Below are positions 31,757-39,965 of a DNA stretch of 64,000 nt, one piece after another. Position 1 is the stretch's first letter. The number at the start of each line of letters is the position of its first letter. The notes below the pieces were generated by a model. It did no database searches. It was not told where the DNA came from and worked only from the letters and a program-made list of their open reading frames with translations. The DNA comes from a virus. A program made the translations under genes and the position numbers. The stretch covers positions 101,480-165,479 of the IMG/VR virus record IMGVR_UViG_3300020442_000007. One strand, given 5' to 3'.

Positions 31757-32051
31757 ATTGTTTGATCGAGGAAGCTCGATTCACCTTGAGGACATATGAC
31801 CTATGTTCAGATTCTGGTGTCGTTCAACAGGCTGTATGCTACAAAAACCCCTTAGCAAAGGAACGAAGCAGGGGATATAATACAGGATACTTGCATTTTC
31901 CGCAAGTTTTATGTATTAGATGTCGACGTAGGTTGGGAAAGGTCAGAGCCCAGTAGCAAAGTCAAATACCTACTTCCGGTCTCGGCTGTGCGAACTCACA
32001 TGAAGGCAGAGATAGATGGAACCGCTGTTAGGTTCCGTCTGACTGAACAAT
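31757..32051 (+). ncRNA. Unclassified ~295-nt structured RNA downstream of the GIY-YIG gene
   Basis: GC-richer gap with a closing stem ATTGTTTG(31757)/TGAACAAT(32051). Stems GGACATA/TATGTTC, TCGTTC/GAACGA, TAATACA..ACTTGC/GCAAGT..TGTATTA, GTAGGT/ACCTAC, TGGG/CCCA, TGTG/CACA, AGATGGAACC/GGTTCCGTCT. Loop-loop pairing TGACCT(31797)/AGGTCA(31940). G-U pairs favour a plus-strand RNA. Confidence 0.75.
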
Positions 32052-32058
32052 CTACATG

Positions 32059-32092
32059 AAGCAATTACAATTTACTTCGTAAATTGCTTTTT
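32059..32092 (+). terminator. Probable intrinsic terminator after the ncRNA
   Basis: CAATTTAC-TTC-GTAAATTG hairpin followed by CTTTTT. Confidence 0.55.
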
Positions 32093-32187
32093 AATATCAT
32101 GTTTGAGCGATAGCGAAAACAAAATGAGCTTTAGCTCATTTCTTAACAATATACATTATCCAATGTGTACAATCGTCGTGTGGATCA

Positions 32188-32370
32188 TCAGTGTAAATCA
32201 GGATCTCTTCCTAAACCTTTAACAGTACTAACTTCGAACGATTCATATCGTAGTTCGAGATGTGGTTTGACGTCACGCATTGTTTGAATATATTGATCTG
32301 CTTCTTCAATAGTATTAACAATGTCTAATTCGTTATCAAGATTGTCTAATATTCTATATTTTGTAATCAT
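32188..32370 (-). CDS. Small hypothetical protein (60 aa)
   Basis: ORF ending GLGRDPDLH, with TAAATA (32378-32383, minus strand) 7 nt upstream. Confidence 0.65.
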   Translation of the reverse strand: MITKYRILDNLDNELDIVNTIEEADQYIQTMRDVKPHLELRYESFEVSTVKGLGRDPDLH

Positions 32371-32400
32371 GAACTAATATTTAAATACCTGAGCAGGTCA

Positions 32401-32406
32401 TAAATA
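32401..32406 (+). promoter_or_regulatory. Late promoter core TAAATA
   Basis: caTAAATAc 30 nt upstream of ATG 32437. Confidence 0.6.
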
Positions 32407-32436
32407 CTACTAGTTAATATAAACGGGGATTTTTCC

Positions 32437-33822
32437 ATGCAAATTCTGGAAGTAACAGCTAAAAAACACCAAAAACAACAGCTAGATGAGGTAGTACCTT
32501 TCTTAGCGTATGCTGCTGGTGCATTGGTGTTGAATTATTTAGGTGGCCTAGCTATTGATCAAGTAGCTAAAGGCATCAAAAATTGGCAGGATAACCTTGC
32601 AATAAAAAACTATAAGCCCACAGGTAATCATATTCCTGATAAAACTATTATCAACGACGGCAAACAGCGTTATGTGTATGATGAAAAATCAGGTAAGTGG
32701 GGTGTGCAAGAAAAAAAATCACGTAAATGGAAATATAAAATGCAACCTGGCAAAGCCGGAGCACAGGCTACTTTTGTCACAAAGAATGTCACTGAAGACA
32801 TGATGAAGAAAGCAATCAAAAACAAAACACTATCTTTTGGTAATAAAGCCGCAGTAGTAAGAACAATGCAGGCACAATTCACAGCAAATAATCCAAAAGC
32901 TGCCGCTGCATTTCAAAATTCAGGCAATTACCTACAAGATATCATAGACAAAGAAGAAGGCAACCTCAGTAAGTCTGGCAAGGCTAGAATGAAAACTGGT
33001 AGGCAACGATTTGGTGCAATAGGTCAAATTGCTAAAGGCATAATGAGTAGACGAGCATTCCAAGCAATAAGTTTTCTTGTGCCAATGGCATTGGTTATAA
33101 ATGGCGTAAGACTCAAAATGTGGTATGAGTATAAATTGAATTACGACAAAGCAGATGATCTATCAATGGATGCTGATAATGAAGGAAAAGCAGGATGGCC
33201 AACTGTAAGAGATGATGGTTCAGTAACTCCATACAACAAAGCTGATTATGACAAAGACATTATAGCCCTAAGAACATATCTCACAAATGGATGTATGGCT
33301 TGGATTGTTGCAGGCGGAGTCAATGCTTTTGTCGGCGGCATAATGTGGATGTTGCAATTTAGAAAACATAAAATTATAGACAAACTTGAAAAAGGTCAAT
33401 ACAGCAAAGGTATTACAAACTTTTTCAAAAGAGTTGCTAGTGGCTTTGGTGGTTTAATTGGAAAAGGAATTAAAGTAGCAGGCATAGGTATTGGTGCAGG
33501 GTTAGTATATGGTGCATTTGATAGAAAGTTTGCAGAAAAAGTTGCAGGACATATGTCTGAATGGATATTGACTGTAGATCCTAATAGAAAGTATACAGGT
33601 GAAGCACTTGCAACATATATTATAGATGCAATATTTGATGAAGGTAGTGGAGAAGCGTTGTATAGGCAAATAGGACTTGGTACTACAGCAGACAATGAAT
33701 TAGATAAAGCAAAAGATGATTTAGACATGTCACCAGATAACACTAATTTGTCAATGGACCCAGATGCTCCGGGTAATCCAATCGATAAAATTACAAAAGA
33801 CGACGATTTTTGGTCTAAATAA
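32437..33822 (+). CDS. Hypothetical late protein with several hydrophobic helices (possible ejected/internal protein)
   Basis: 461 aa; hydrophobic stretches near residues 20-40, 208-225, 285-308 and 335-362; late promoter. Confidence 0.6.
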   Translation: MQILEVTAKKHQKQQLDEVVPFLAYAAGALVLNYLGGLAIDQVAKGIKNWQDNLAIKNYKPTGNHIPDKTIINDGKQRYVYDEKSGKWGVQEKKSRKWKYKMQPGKAGAQATFVTKNVTEDMMKKAIKNKTLSFGNKAAVVRTMQAQFTANNPKAAAAFQNSGNYLQDIIDKEEGNLSKSGKARMKTGRQRFGAIGQIAKGIMSRRAFQAISFLVPMALVINGVRLKMWYEYKLNYDKADDLSMDADNEGKAGWPTVRDDGSVTPYNKADYDKDIIALRTYLTNGCMAWIVAGGVNAFVGGIMWMLQFRKHKIIDKLEKGQYSKGITNFFKRVASGFGGLIGKGIKVAGIGIGAGLVYGAFDRKFAEKVAGHMSEWILTVDPNRKYTGEALATYIIDAIFDEGSGEALYRQIGLGTTADNELDKAKDDLDMSPDNTNLSMDPDAPGNPIDKITKDDDFWSK

Positions 33823-33994
33823 TTGGCATACCGGTTGTCTTAGCGTTTTCGATATTATCCATAATAATTTTATTCATTATTTCAAAATCTTCTAAGTCAG
33901 TATCATGTAATAACTTATGTGAATCAACACCACCACGCATATACCAACACAAGCTGTAAACTTGATGTTTAATTTCTTTGATCTCGTTCTCCAT
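33815..33994 (-). CDS. gp51-like baseplate/tail assembly chaperone; probably the -1 frameshift extension of the gp26-like gene
   Basis: Missing from the track (59 aa): MENEIKEIKHQVYSLCWYMRGGVDSHKLLHDTDLEDFEIMNKIIMDNIENAKTTGMPII. The frame stays open upstream to TTTTTTC at 34054-34048. Confidence 0.75.
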   Translation of the reverse strand: MENEIKEIKHQVYSLCWYMRGGVDSHKLLHDTDLEDFEIMNKIIMDNIENAKTTGMPII

Positions 33995-34035
33995 ATCTTT
34001 GGCTAATTGCGAGAGATCAGAATCCTTTGTCCTAA

Positions 34036-34860
34036 TTAGCCTTGTGCGAAAAAATTGGAGTAATCCAGTTCAATATTCAGCTTCGACTTGTGACTACAGT
34101 TTGCACATTCAATATCTGTTGGTGGAACTGAAAACTGCTCATTGTTTTTCATGATAGCATCTTCAACTTTCTTGAAAAAATCTTTGTCAGCGTTTGTTAA
34201 GAACTTGTGTATCTCATTTATATCAGTTTCTTCTTCGTTGTCAACTTCAACTTTTGATATGGATGACACCACTGTGTTTTTTCTAAGTTCAGATAACGCA
34301 TTGTAAACTTTTTGCGTTTCTTCAGCTCTTTGATCTTCATTTTCAATGCCAGGTACAGTCTGCATAAGTGTGCGTTGATGTTTGAAGTTTTGTTTGTTTA
34401 TCTCATTTAACTCTTTAAAAGTCAAAGGACGTAAATGAAACTTCATGTTATCAACTACTATACTGTCAGTAAATGAACTTTGTGAAAAATGTGTAATCAT
34501 ATTTTGAATGTTTATTTCATATGAATTATCTTCACCGCATTTTTCACATTTGTTTGTTGTGCTTATGTTGTCACCATAGCTTGCAAGACGTATAGCACTT
34601 AGAACAGTATAGATATCTGTAAGTGGTATTTGCCACGGGTCTCTAATCGCTGGTATGCAATTTTTAATTATACCAACTGTAGCATTACCATTTAGTAAAA
34701 CATCTGGTGTTTTAGTTGCTATTTCATCGCTTGCTGTCATACTGAACACATCAAGATCACTAGATTTCTCTAATGCGCCTTGAGGATAGTATCTGCCTTG
34801 GCTCGGTAAATCAATAGATTGTTTTGGCTGTCGCTGATACTTTGTTAATGGTGACGGCAT
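34036..34860 (-). CDS. gp26: Baseplate hub / tail assembly chaperone, gp26-like
   Basis: Likely start ATG 34860 (MPSPLTKYQRQP) after AAGGA. IDLPSQGRYY, MTASDE, AIRLASYG, two CxxC motifs, ends YSNFFAQG. Confidence 0.85.
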   Translation of the reverse strand: MPSPLTKYQRQPKQSIDLPSQGRYYPQGALEKSSDLDVFSMTASDEIATKTPDVLLNGNATVGIIKNCIPAIRDPWQIPLTDIYTVLSAIRLASYGDNISTTNKCEKCGEDNSYEINIQNMITHFSQSSFTDSIVVDNMKFHLRPLTFKELNEINKQNFKHQRTLMQTVPGIENEDQRAEETQKVYNALSELRKNTVVSSISKVEVDNEEETDINEIHKFLTNADKDFFKKVEDAIMKNNEQFSVPPTDIECANCSHKSKLNIELDYSNFFAQG

Positions 34861-34873
34861 GTTTTTTCCTTGA

Positions 34874-34898
34874 TAAATATATTCATATAACATATTTA
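34874..34898. promoter_or_regulatory. Crossed pair of late promoters: plus TAAATA 34874-34879 (tape measure) and minus TAAATA 34898-34893 (gp26-like)
   Basis: Both cores lie in the 78-bp divergent gap. Confidence 0.6.
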
Positions 34899-34938
34899 TG
34901 GTCTAAAAATCGACTGAATTACAATATTGGATTAAAAA

Positions 34939-37116
34939 ATGGCTGATGACGACGGTGCACAAAACGCAAACAAAGCAAATAACAAAGTAGCTGATAGTGC
35001 TAAAGGCGCTGCGGCTGCTGTAGCCAAAATGACAGCCACTTTAGGGCTTACTAAACCTGGTTTAACAGATCTTGCAAACACTTTGCCAGGTGTTGCTAGT
35101 AAACTAGGTGCTATGACCAAGGTCCTTGAAGGACAAGTCAAAGATTATCAAACTTTAACAAAATCTGGAATAAGTTTTGGTGGTAGCCTTACCACAATGC
35201 TTACAAGTAGCACAGCTGCCGGTCTAAGCATCAAAGAAATGACCGGATTAGTTGCTAGTAATAGCGAACTACTTGCAGGTTTTGGTGATACAGTCGAAGG
35301 CGGTAACGAAAAATTTCTAAAAAATCTTGCACATATTAACAGAGCAGGCAACACCTACGGTGTTCAACTTCGTAATATTGGACTTACGCACGAAGAAATA
35401 GGCGAAGCTATGATGCAAACACAGCGTATGGCTATGATGGCAGGATATAAAGAACAGCTTACTCAAGATCAATTAGCAATGAAAACAGCAGAGTACGCAA
35501 AAGATTTAGACTTGCTTACAAAGTTGACAGGTAAAAGTGCAGATGCACTGAAAAAAGAACAAGCCGCACTTCAAAGACAAGGTGATTTCAGAGCAAAAAC
35601 TATGGGCATGGAAGTTGATATGCAAAAGGCTATGCTTAATGCTGCCAGCGAAGCTGATGCAAGTGGTATAGGTGATTTGTTTAAAGACATGATGATAAGA
35701 GGTTTCCCAAGCAAAGACCAAGCACAGTTAGCAGGTATGTTTGGTAATTCTATGCAGGTTATGCAACAGATGAAAGCAGCTCAAGATGCAGGCAATACAG
35801 CTGAATACAACAGACTCAAAGGAACATTACAAGCCGCAGTCATAAAAGATAAGATGGCAAAAAATGAACTTGCTATGCTTGGTGGTACAACAAAAGCTAC
35901 AGGAGCATTATCAGAATCTCTTTCTAAAACGTCTGAGTCAATGATTGGTATACAGTCAATGGCAATGCGAGAAAATATGTCAATGGACGAAATACAAAAA
36001 CTTATTGAGGAAAGAAGAAAGAAAGCAGCTCAACAACAAAAAGATCAAGGAGGAGAAGCTCAACCAGGGGATGCAGTTGATCCTAACAGAGCTGTGCTTG
36101 ATGCAGCCTTGCGTGGTCAAGAAGCAATGATTAGAGCGGCTACTGAAGTGCAAGCACAAGTAACTGAAAAAGTATACAACGAATTTTTAGGTCCAATATT
36201 CCAAAAAATTACACAAGGTTTAGATGTAGATGCCTTTGTAACCAACACAGCAGGAAGTATAATGACTGATGTTACAGGCGCTTTCGATCAAACATTTGGA
36301 AATACAGCAGGACCAACACAACAACAAACAGATGACGCTTCAAAAAGGATTTCAGCCGCTATGGTTTCTACATCATTTGATGATGCTACCAAAGAAGCAT
36401 TGTCACAGTTGCAAACTGAAATTACTAGTTTGTCAACAATAACTGATAGGTCCAAAGAAGAAACTAAAAAACTTACAGATGCAGTCAACAAAGCAAATCA
36501 ATTAACAAACGCAGGCGTACCTCCAATATCAGCTACTCCACCAAATAATAACAAAGTTGTTAAACCAGGAGCAGGCGTTGGCTCAGAAGGTAATATACCG
36601 CAACGTAACACAGGTACACCAGGTATGCAAGAAGCAATGAAGGGCTTTACATCTTTTGCAGGCATCACAGAAAATTTTGGCAAAGGAACTTTGGCAATGT
36701 TGCATGGTAATGAATTGGTTATGACAGAAGCACAAGCCAAACAATTAGACGAAGGCATTGCTATGTTAAAAGCAAATGCACCAACATTAGGTGGAACCGA
36801 CGGTCTCAGAAATGCGGCTACTTCTATACAAGGTGCGGTAAATACTATGCGTAGCACACCTCCTACTGCTAATTTAAGCGGTATGACAGAATCTATGGCG
36901 CCAATGATGGAAGAAATGAAAACAACAATGGCGGCTCAGGCAGAAGCAATGAAAAGTGCTTTACCACCTGACATGATGGAGAAAATGGCTAGTGCAATGG
37001 AGAAAACAGCTTCTGGTATAGGAAGTCAATTAATAGAACAGAAAAATATGACCAAAGCCACAAAAAATTTAAAAAGTATGGGAAATGTTTTTGGTAGAGG
37101 AGGCTTGGGTATATGA
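34939..37116 (+). CDS. Probable tape measure protein (gp29-like)
   Basis: 725 aa, Ala/Met/Gln-rich and helical, with a C-terminal GTLAMLHGNELVM motif typical of tape measures; next to the tail chaperone genes. Confidence 0.7.
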   Translation: MADDDGAQNANKANNKVADSAKGAAAAVAKMTATLGLTKPGLTDLANTLPGVASKLGAMTKVLEGQVKDYQTLTKSGISFGGSLTTMLTSSTAAGLSIKEMTGLVASNSELLAGFGDTVEGGNEKFLKNLAHINRAGNTYGVQLRNIGLTHEEIGEAMMQTQRMAMMAGYKEQLTQDQLAMKTAEYAKDLDLLTKLTGKSADALKKEQAALQRQGDFRAKTMGMEVDMQKAMLNAASEADASGIGDLFKDMMIRGFPSKDQAQLAGMFGNSMQVMQQMKAAQDAGNTAEYNRLKGTLQAAVIKDKMAKNELAMLGGTTKATGALSESLSKTSESMIGIQSMAMRENMSMDEIQKLIEERRKKAAQQQKDQGGEAQPGDAVDPNRAVLDAALRGQEAMIRAATEVQAQVTEKVYNEFLGPIFQKITQGLDVDAFVTNTAGSIMTDVTGAFDQTFGNTAGPTQQQTDDASKRISAAMVSTSFDDATKEALSQLQTEITSLSTITDRSKEETKKLTDAVNKANQLTNAGVPPISATPPNNNKVVKPGAGVGSEGNIPQRNTGTPGMQEAMKGFTSFAGITENFGKGTLAMLHGNELVMTEAQAKQLDEGIAMLKANAPTLGGTDGLRNAATSIQGAVNTMRSTPPTANLSGMTESMAPMMEEMKTTMAAQAEAMKSALPPDMMEKMASAMEKTASGIGSQLIEQKNMTKATKNLKSMGNVFGRGGLGI

Positions 37117-38852
37117 GTTGGAAAAAATATTTTACACCAGTACAAACTGGTGACAATGTAACAGGAAGTTACTCTCCATTTTCTAGAAGCGGAGGAGCAC
37201 AAGCAGGTCCAGCAAGAACAAATTATAGTTCATACTTACCAGATGTATATGTAGGTAGTCCTAACCGTGTTGAGCGTTATGGTCAATACAACACAATGGA
37301 CAATGACTCTGAAGTAAATGCGGCTTTAGATATTCTAGCAGAATTTTGTTCGCAATCCAATAAGGAAAATTCAACAAACTTTAGATTTGTATTCAACAAA
37401 TCTGCAACTAATTCAGAAGTAAGTATACTTGGTGAATATCTTAGACAGTGGTGTAACCTACAAAACTTTCATACACGCATGTTTAGAATCATGCGTAATG
37501 TTTTTAAGTATGGAGACCAATTGTTTATTAGAGATCCTGAAACAAAAAAATTGTTTCATGTTGATCCGGCAAAGTTAATTAGAATAATTGTAAATGAGTC
37601 AGAAGGTAAAACACCTGAACAATACATTATTCGTGACATGAATTTAAATTTCAAAGACATGGTAGCAACTACTCCACATATTACTAATGGTAATATTACA
37701 GGAGGTGGTAGTGGATACCAAAGCGGCGGAGTTAGAGGTATGGTAGGAAACGCACCTCAACAAGCAGGCAGTAGGTATCAACAGGGCGAAGGCGAAGTTG
37801 CTATTAATGCAGAGCATATTGTACACCTAAGCCTGTCTGAAGGGCTAGACAACAATTATCCATTTGGTAATTCATTACTAGAAGGCATATTTAAAGTATA
37901 CAAACAAAAAGAACTACTAGAAGATGCTATTATAATTTACAGAGTACAAAGGGCACCAGAAAGAAGAGTATTCTATGTTGATGTAGGAAACATGCCAACA
38001 CACCTTGCAATGCAATTTGTTGAAAGAGTAAAAACTGAAATACATCAAAGAAGAATACCAAGTGCAACAGGCGGAGGTCAAAATGTTATTGATAGCAGTT
38101 ATAATCCGTTGTCAATAAACGAAGATTACTTCTTCCCACAAACAGCTGAAGGTAGAGGTTCAAAAGTTGAAACACTACCAGGAGGCACAAATCTAGGAGA
38201 GATCGATGATCTCAGATACTTTACTAATAAGCTCGTACGTGGCTTACGAATTCCTAGTTCATACTTACCAACCGGGGCAGATGATGCTACTAGTTCGTAC
38301 AATGATGGAAGAGTAGGCACAGCATATATTCAAGAATTAAGATTCAACAAGTATTGTGAAAGACTGCAAGGACTTGTTACACAGGCGTTTGACAAAGAAT
38401 TTAAATTATTTTTGTTAGAAAAAGGTGTCAACATTGATACATCAATGTTTGATTTAAAATTTCAACCGCCACAGAATTTTGCAAGTTATAGACAAGCAGA
38501 ACTTGATAATGCAAGAGTTCCTACATTTACACAAATGAGTGCTATACCATACGTGTCAAATAGATTTGCACTAGAAAGATTTTTAGGATTTAGTAAAGAA
38601 GAAATTGCAGAAAACGAAAGACTTTGGAGAGAAGAGAATGACGAAAACTTAACACCACCTCCAGGCGATGCTTCAGGAGAAATGAGAAGTGTAGGCATTA
38701 GTTCTGCAGGTATTAGTGCAGATATTGATGGAGCCGAAGATATTCTAGACGATACTCCTGCACCAGAAGATGGAGGAGCAGGAGCACCACCAGAAACAGT
38801 TACAGGAGGAACACCAGGCGCACCTCCACCAGGAACAGACCAAACGGTATAA
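37113..38852 (+). CDS. gp20: Portal vertex protein
   Basis: LLEDAIIIYRVQRAPERRVFYVDVGNMP, EDYFFP, GRGSKVETLPGG, DDLRYFTNKLVRGLRIPSS. Confidence 0.96.
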   Translation: MSWKKYFTPVQTGDNVTGSYSPFSRSGGAQAGPARTNYSSYLPDVYVGSPNRVERYGQYNTMDNDSEVNAALDILAEFCSQSNKENSTNFRFVFNKSATNSEVSILGEYLRQWCNLQNFHTRMFRIMRNVFKYGDQLFIRDPETKKLFHVDPAKLIRIIVNESEGKTPEQYIIRDMNLNFKDMVATTPHITNGNITGGGSGYQSGGVRGMVGNAPQQAGSRYQQGEGEVAINAEHIVHLSLSEGLDNNYPFGNSLLEGIFKVYKQKELLEDAIIIYRVQRAPERRVFYVDVGNMPTHLAMQFVERVKTEIHQRRIPSATGGGQNVIDSSYNPLSINEDYFFPQTAEGRGSKVETLPGGTNLGEIDDLRYFTNKLVRGLRIPSSYLPTGADDATSSYNDGRVGTAYIQELRFNKYCERLQGLVTQAFDKEFKLFLLEKGVNIDTSMFDLKFQPPQNFASYRQAELDNARVPTFTQMSAIPYVSNRFALERFLGFSKEEIAENERLWREENDENLTPPPGDASGEMRSVGISSAGISADIDGAEDILDDTPAPEDGGAGAPPETVTGGTPGAPPPGTDQTV

Positions 38853-38855
38853 ATA
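38848..38855 (+). promoter_or_regulatory. Late promoter TATAAATA (full T4 consensus), 5 nt before ATG 38861
   Basis: Exact T4 late consensus overlapping the portal stop codon. Confidence 0.7.
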
Positions 38856-38860
38856 CTATT

Positions 38861-39109
38861 ATGATACTACGTGAATTATTTTATTTTGATAAAGATACAC
38901 TTGAAACTGTTCAAGATGATTCTTATGAGCCAAAGTATGATCAGTCTATTGTAGATGCAGACGATACAAGAAAAACAAAGTTAACTCTTGCACAGATAAA
39001 CAGAGCAAGAAAAGGCTCTGAGGCACACATCAAAGAAAAAAATAAAGAACTTAATATCACTAGACAAATGTATGGTCTTGCAGCTCAGCAGGCAGCGGCC
39101 GGTGTCTAA
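38861..39109 (+). CDS. Small head-module protein (position equivalent to T4 prohead core genes)
   Basis: 82 aa, MILRELF...DTRKTKLTLAQINRARK...QMYG; directly follows portal. Confidence 0.65.
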   Translation: MILRELFYFDKDTLETVQDDSYEPKYDQSIVDADDTRKTKLTLAQINRARKGSEAHIKEKNKELNITRQMYGLAAQQAAAGV

Positions 39110-39114
39110 GTTAG

Positions 39115-39843
39115 ATGACCAAACCCAACAAAGCTGATTACACAAAAGATCAATGGCGAAAACTCAAAGAAAAAATTAAATTAGAAAAAGCTGCAAAGCG
39201 TGCCGCAAAAGCTAATAAATTACCGCCAAGACCTCCCATACAACATCTAAATAACACAGAAACTTCGTTTGTTTTAGGCAATGGTTTGAGTAGACAACCT
39301 GTAGATCTAAATGCTTTGAAGCATTATGGAAAAGTATATGGTTGTAATGCACTTTATAGAGAATATGATCCTGATTACTTAATTGCAGTAGATGTTAAAA
39401 TGGTGCTAGAAATCAACAAGCACAAATATCAATTGCGTAATGATCAAGTTTGGACTAATCCTAATAAAGCATATACAACAATGTCTAAACTTAACTTTTT
39501 CCAACCAAGCAAAGGTTGGAGTAGTGGGCCTACAGCATTATGGTTAGCTAGTCAACATGGACCTAAGCAGATCTTTATATTAGGGTTTGATTACACAGGC
39601 AAAGATGGCGGCAATCACTTTAATAATATCTATGCAGATACTGAAAATTACAAAAAATCCAATGATGGAGCAACTTATCACGGTAATTGGCTCAAACAAA
39701 CAGCTACAACTATCAAAGAACATCCTCGCATTAATTACACTAGAGTTATAGCTAAAGATAATTATTGTCCAGAAGAACTAAATATTTTGAGCAATTATAG
39801 TACAATGGAACTTGAACATTTTTTAAGAATTTTTTCGATTTGA
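39115..39843 (+). CDS. MptE-like/DUF115 (Maf/sialyltransferase-fold) putative glycosyltransferase
   Basis: FVLGNGLSR, YGCNALYR..PDYLIAVD, SSGPTALWLA and IFILGFD match the motif series of this fold. Confidence 0.6.
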   Translation: MTKPNKADYTKDQWRKLKEKIKLEKAAKRAAKANKLPPRPPIQHLNNTETSFVLGNGLSRQPVDLNALKHYGKVYGCNALYREYDPDYLIAVDVKMVLEINKHKYQLRNDQVWTNPNKAYTTMSKLNFFQPSKGWSSGPTALWLASQHGPKQIFILGFDYTGKDGGNHFNNIYADTENYKKSNDGATYHGNWLKQTATTIKEHPRINYTRVIAKDNYCPEELNILSNYSTMELEHFLRIFSI

Positions 39844-39894
39844 CGAAAAATCTTAAAAAACGCCGTTTTGAGCCTATTTTCGGGCATATTTTCT

Positions 39895-39909
39895 TATAAA
39901 TAGTAAATA
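39895..39909 (+). promoter_or_regulatory. Tandem late promoters (TATAAATA, TAAATA) for the head operon
   Basis: TATAAATAgTAAATAc upstream of a TAGGAG RBS and ATG 39966. Confidence 0.7.
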
Positions 39910-39965
39910 CAAATGACAGCCTTACCGTATAAGGTAAATTTATTAATATATTATAGGAGAATAAA

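Noticed and set aside
31762-31956. 64-aa ORF within the structured region
   Set aside because: TTG start, no SD, atypical composition; it lies wholly in the base-paired RNA region.
31757-32051. RNase P RNA, tmRNA or group I intron identity for the large RNA
   Set aside because: GAGGAAGCTC resembles RNase P CR-I, but I found no matching CR-V/P4 partner. There are no tRNA-like ends or tag ORF, no recognisable group I P7 core and no interrupted host gene.
39819-39860. AT-rich inverted repeat at the end of the 242-aa gene
   Set aside because: Mostly A/T homopolymer pairing; it may be a weak terminator but is not distinguishable from chance.
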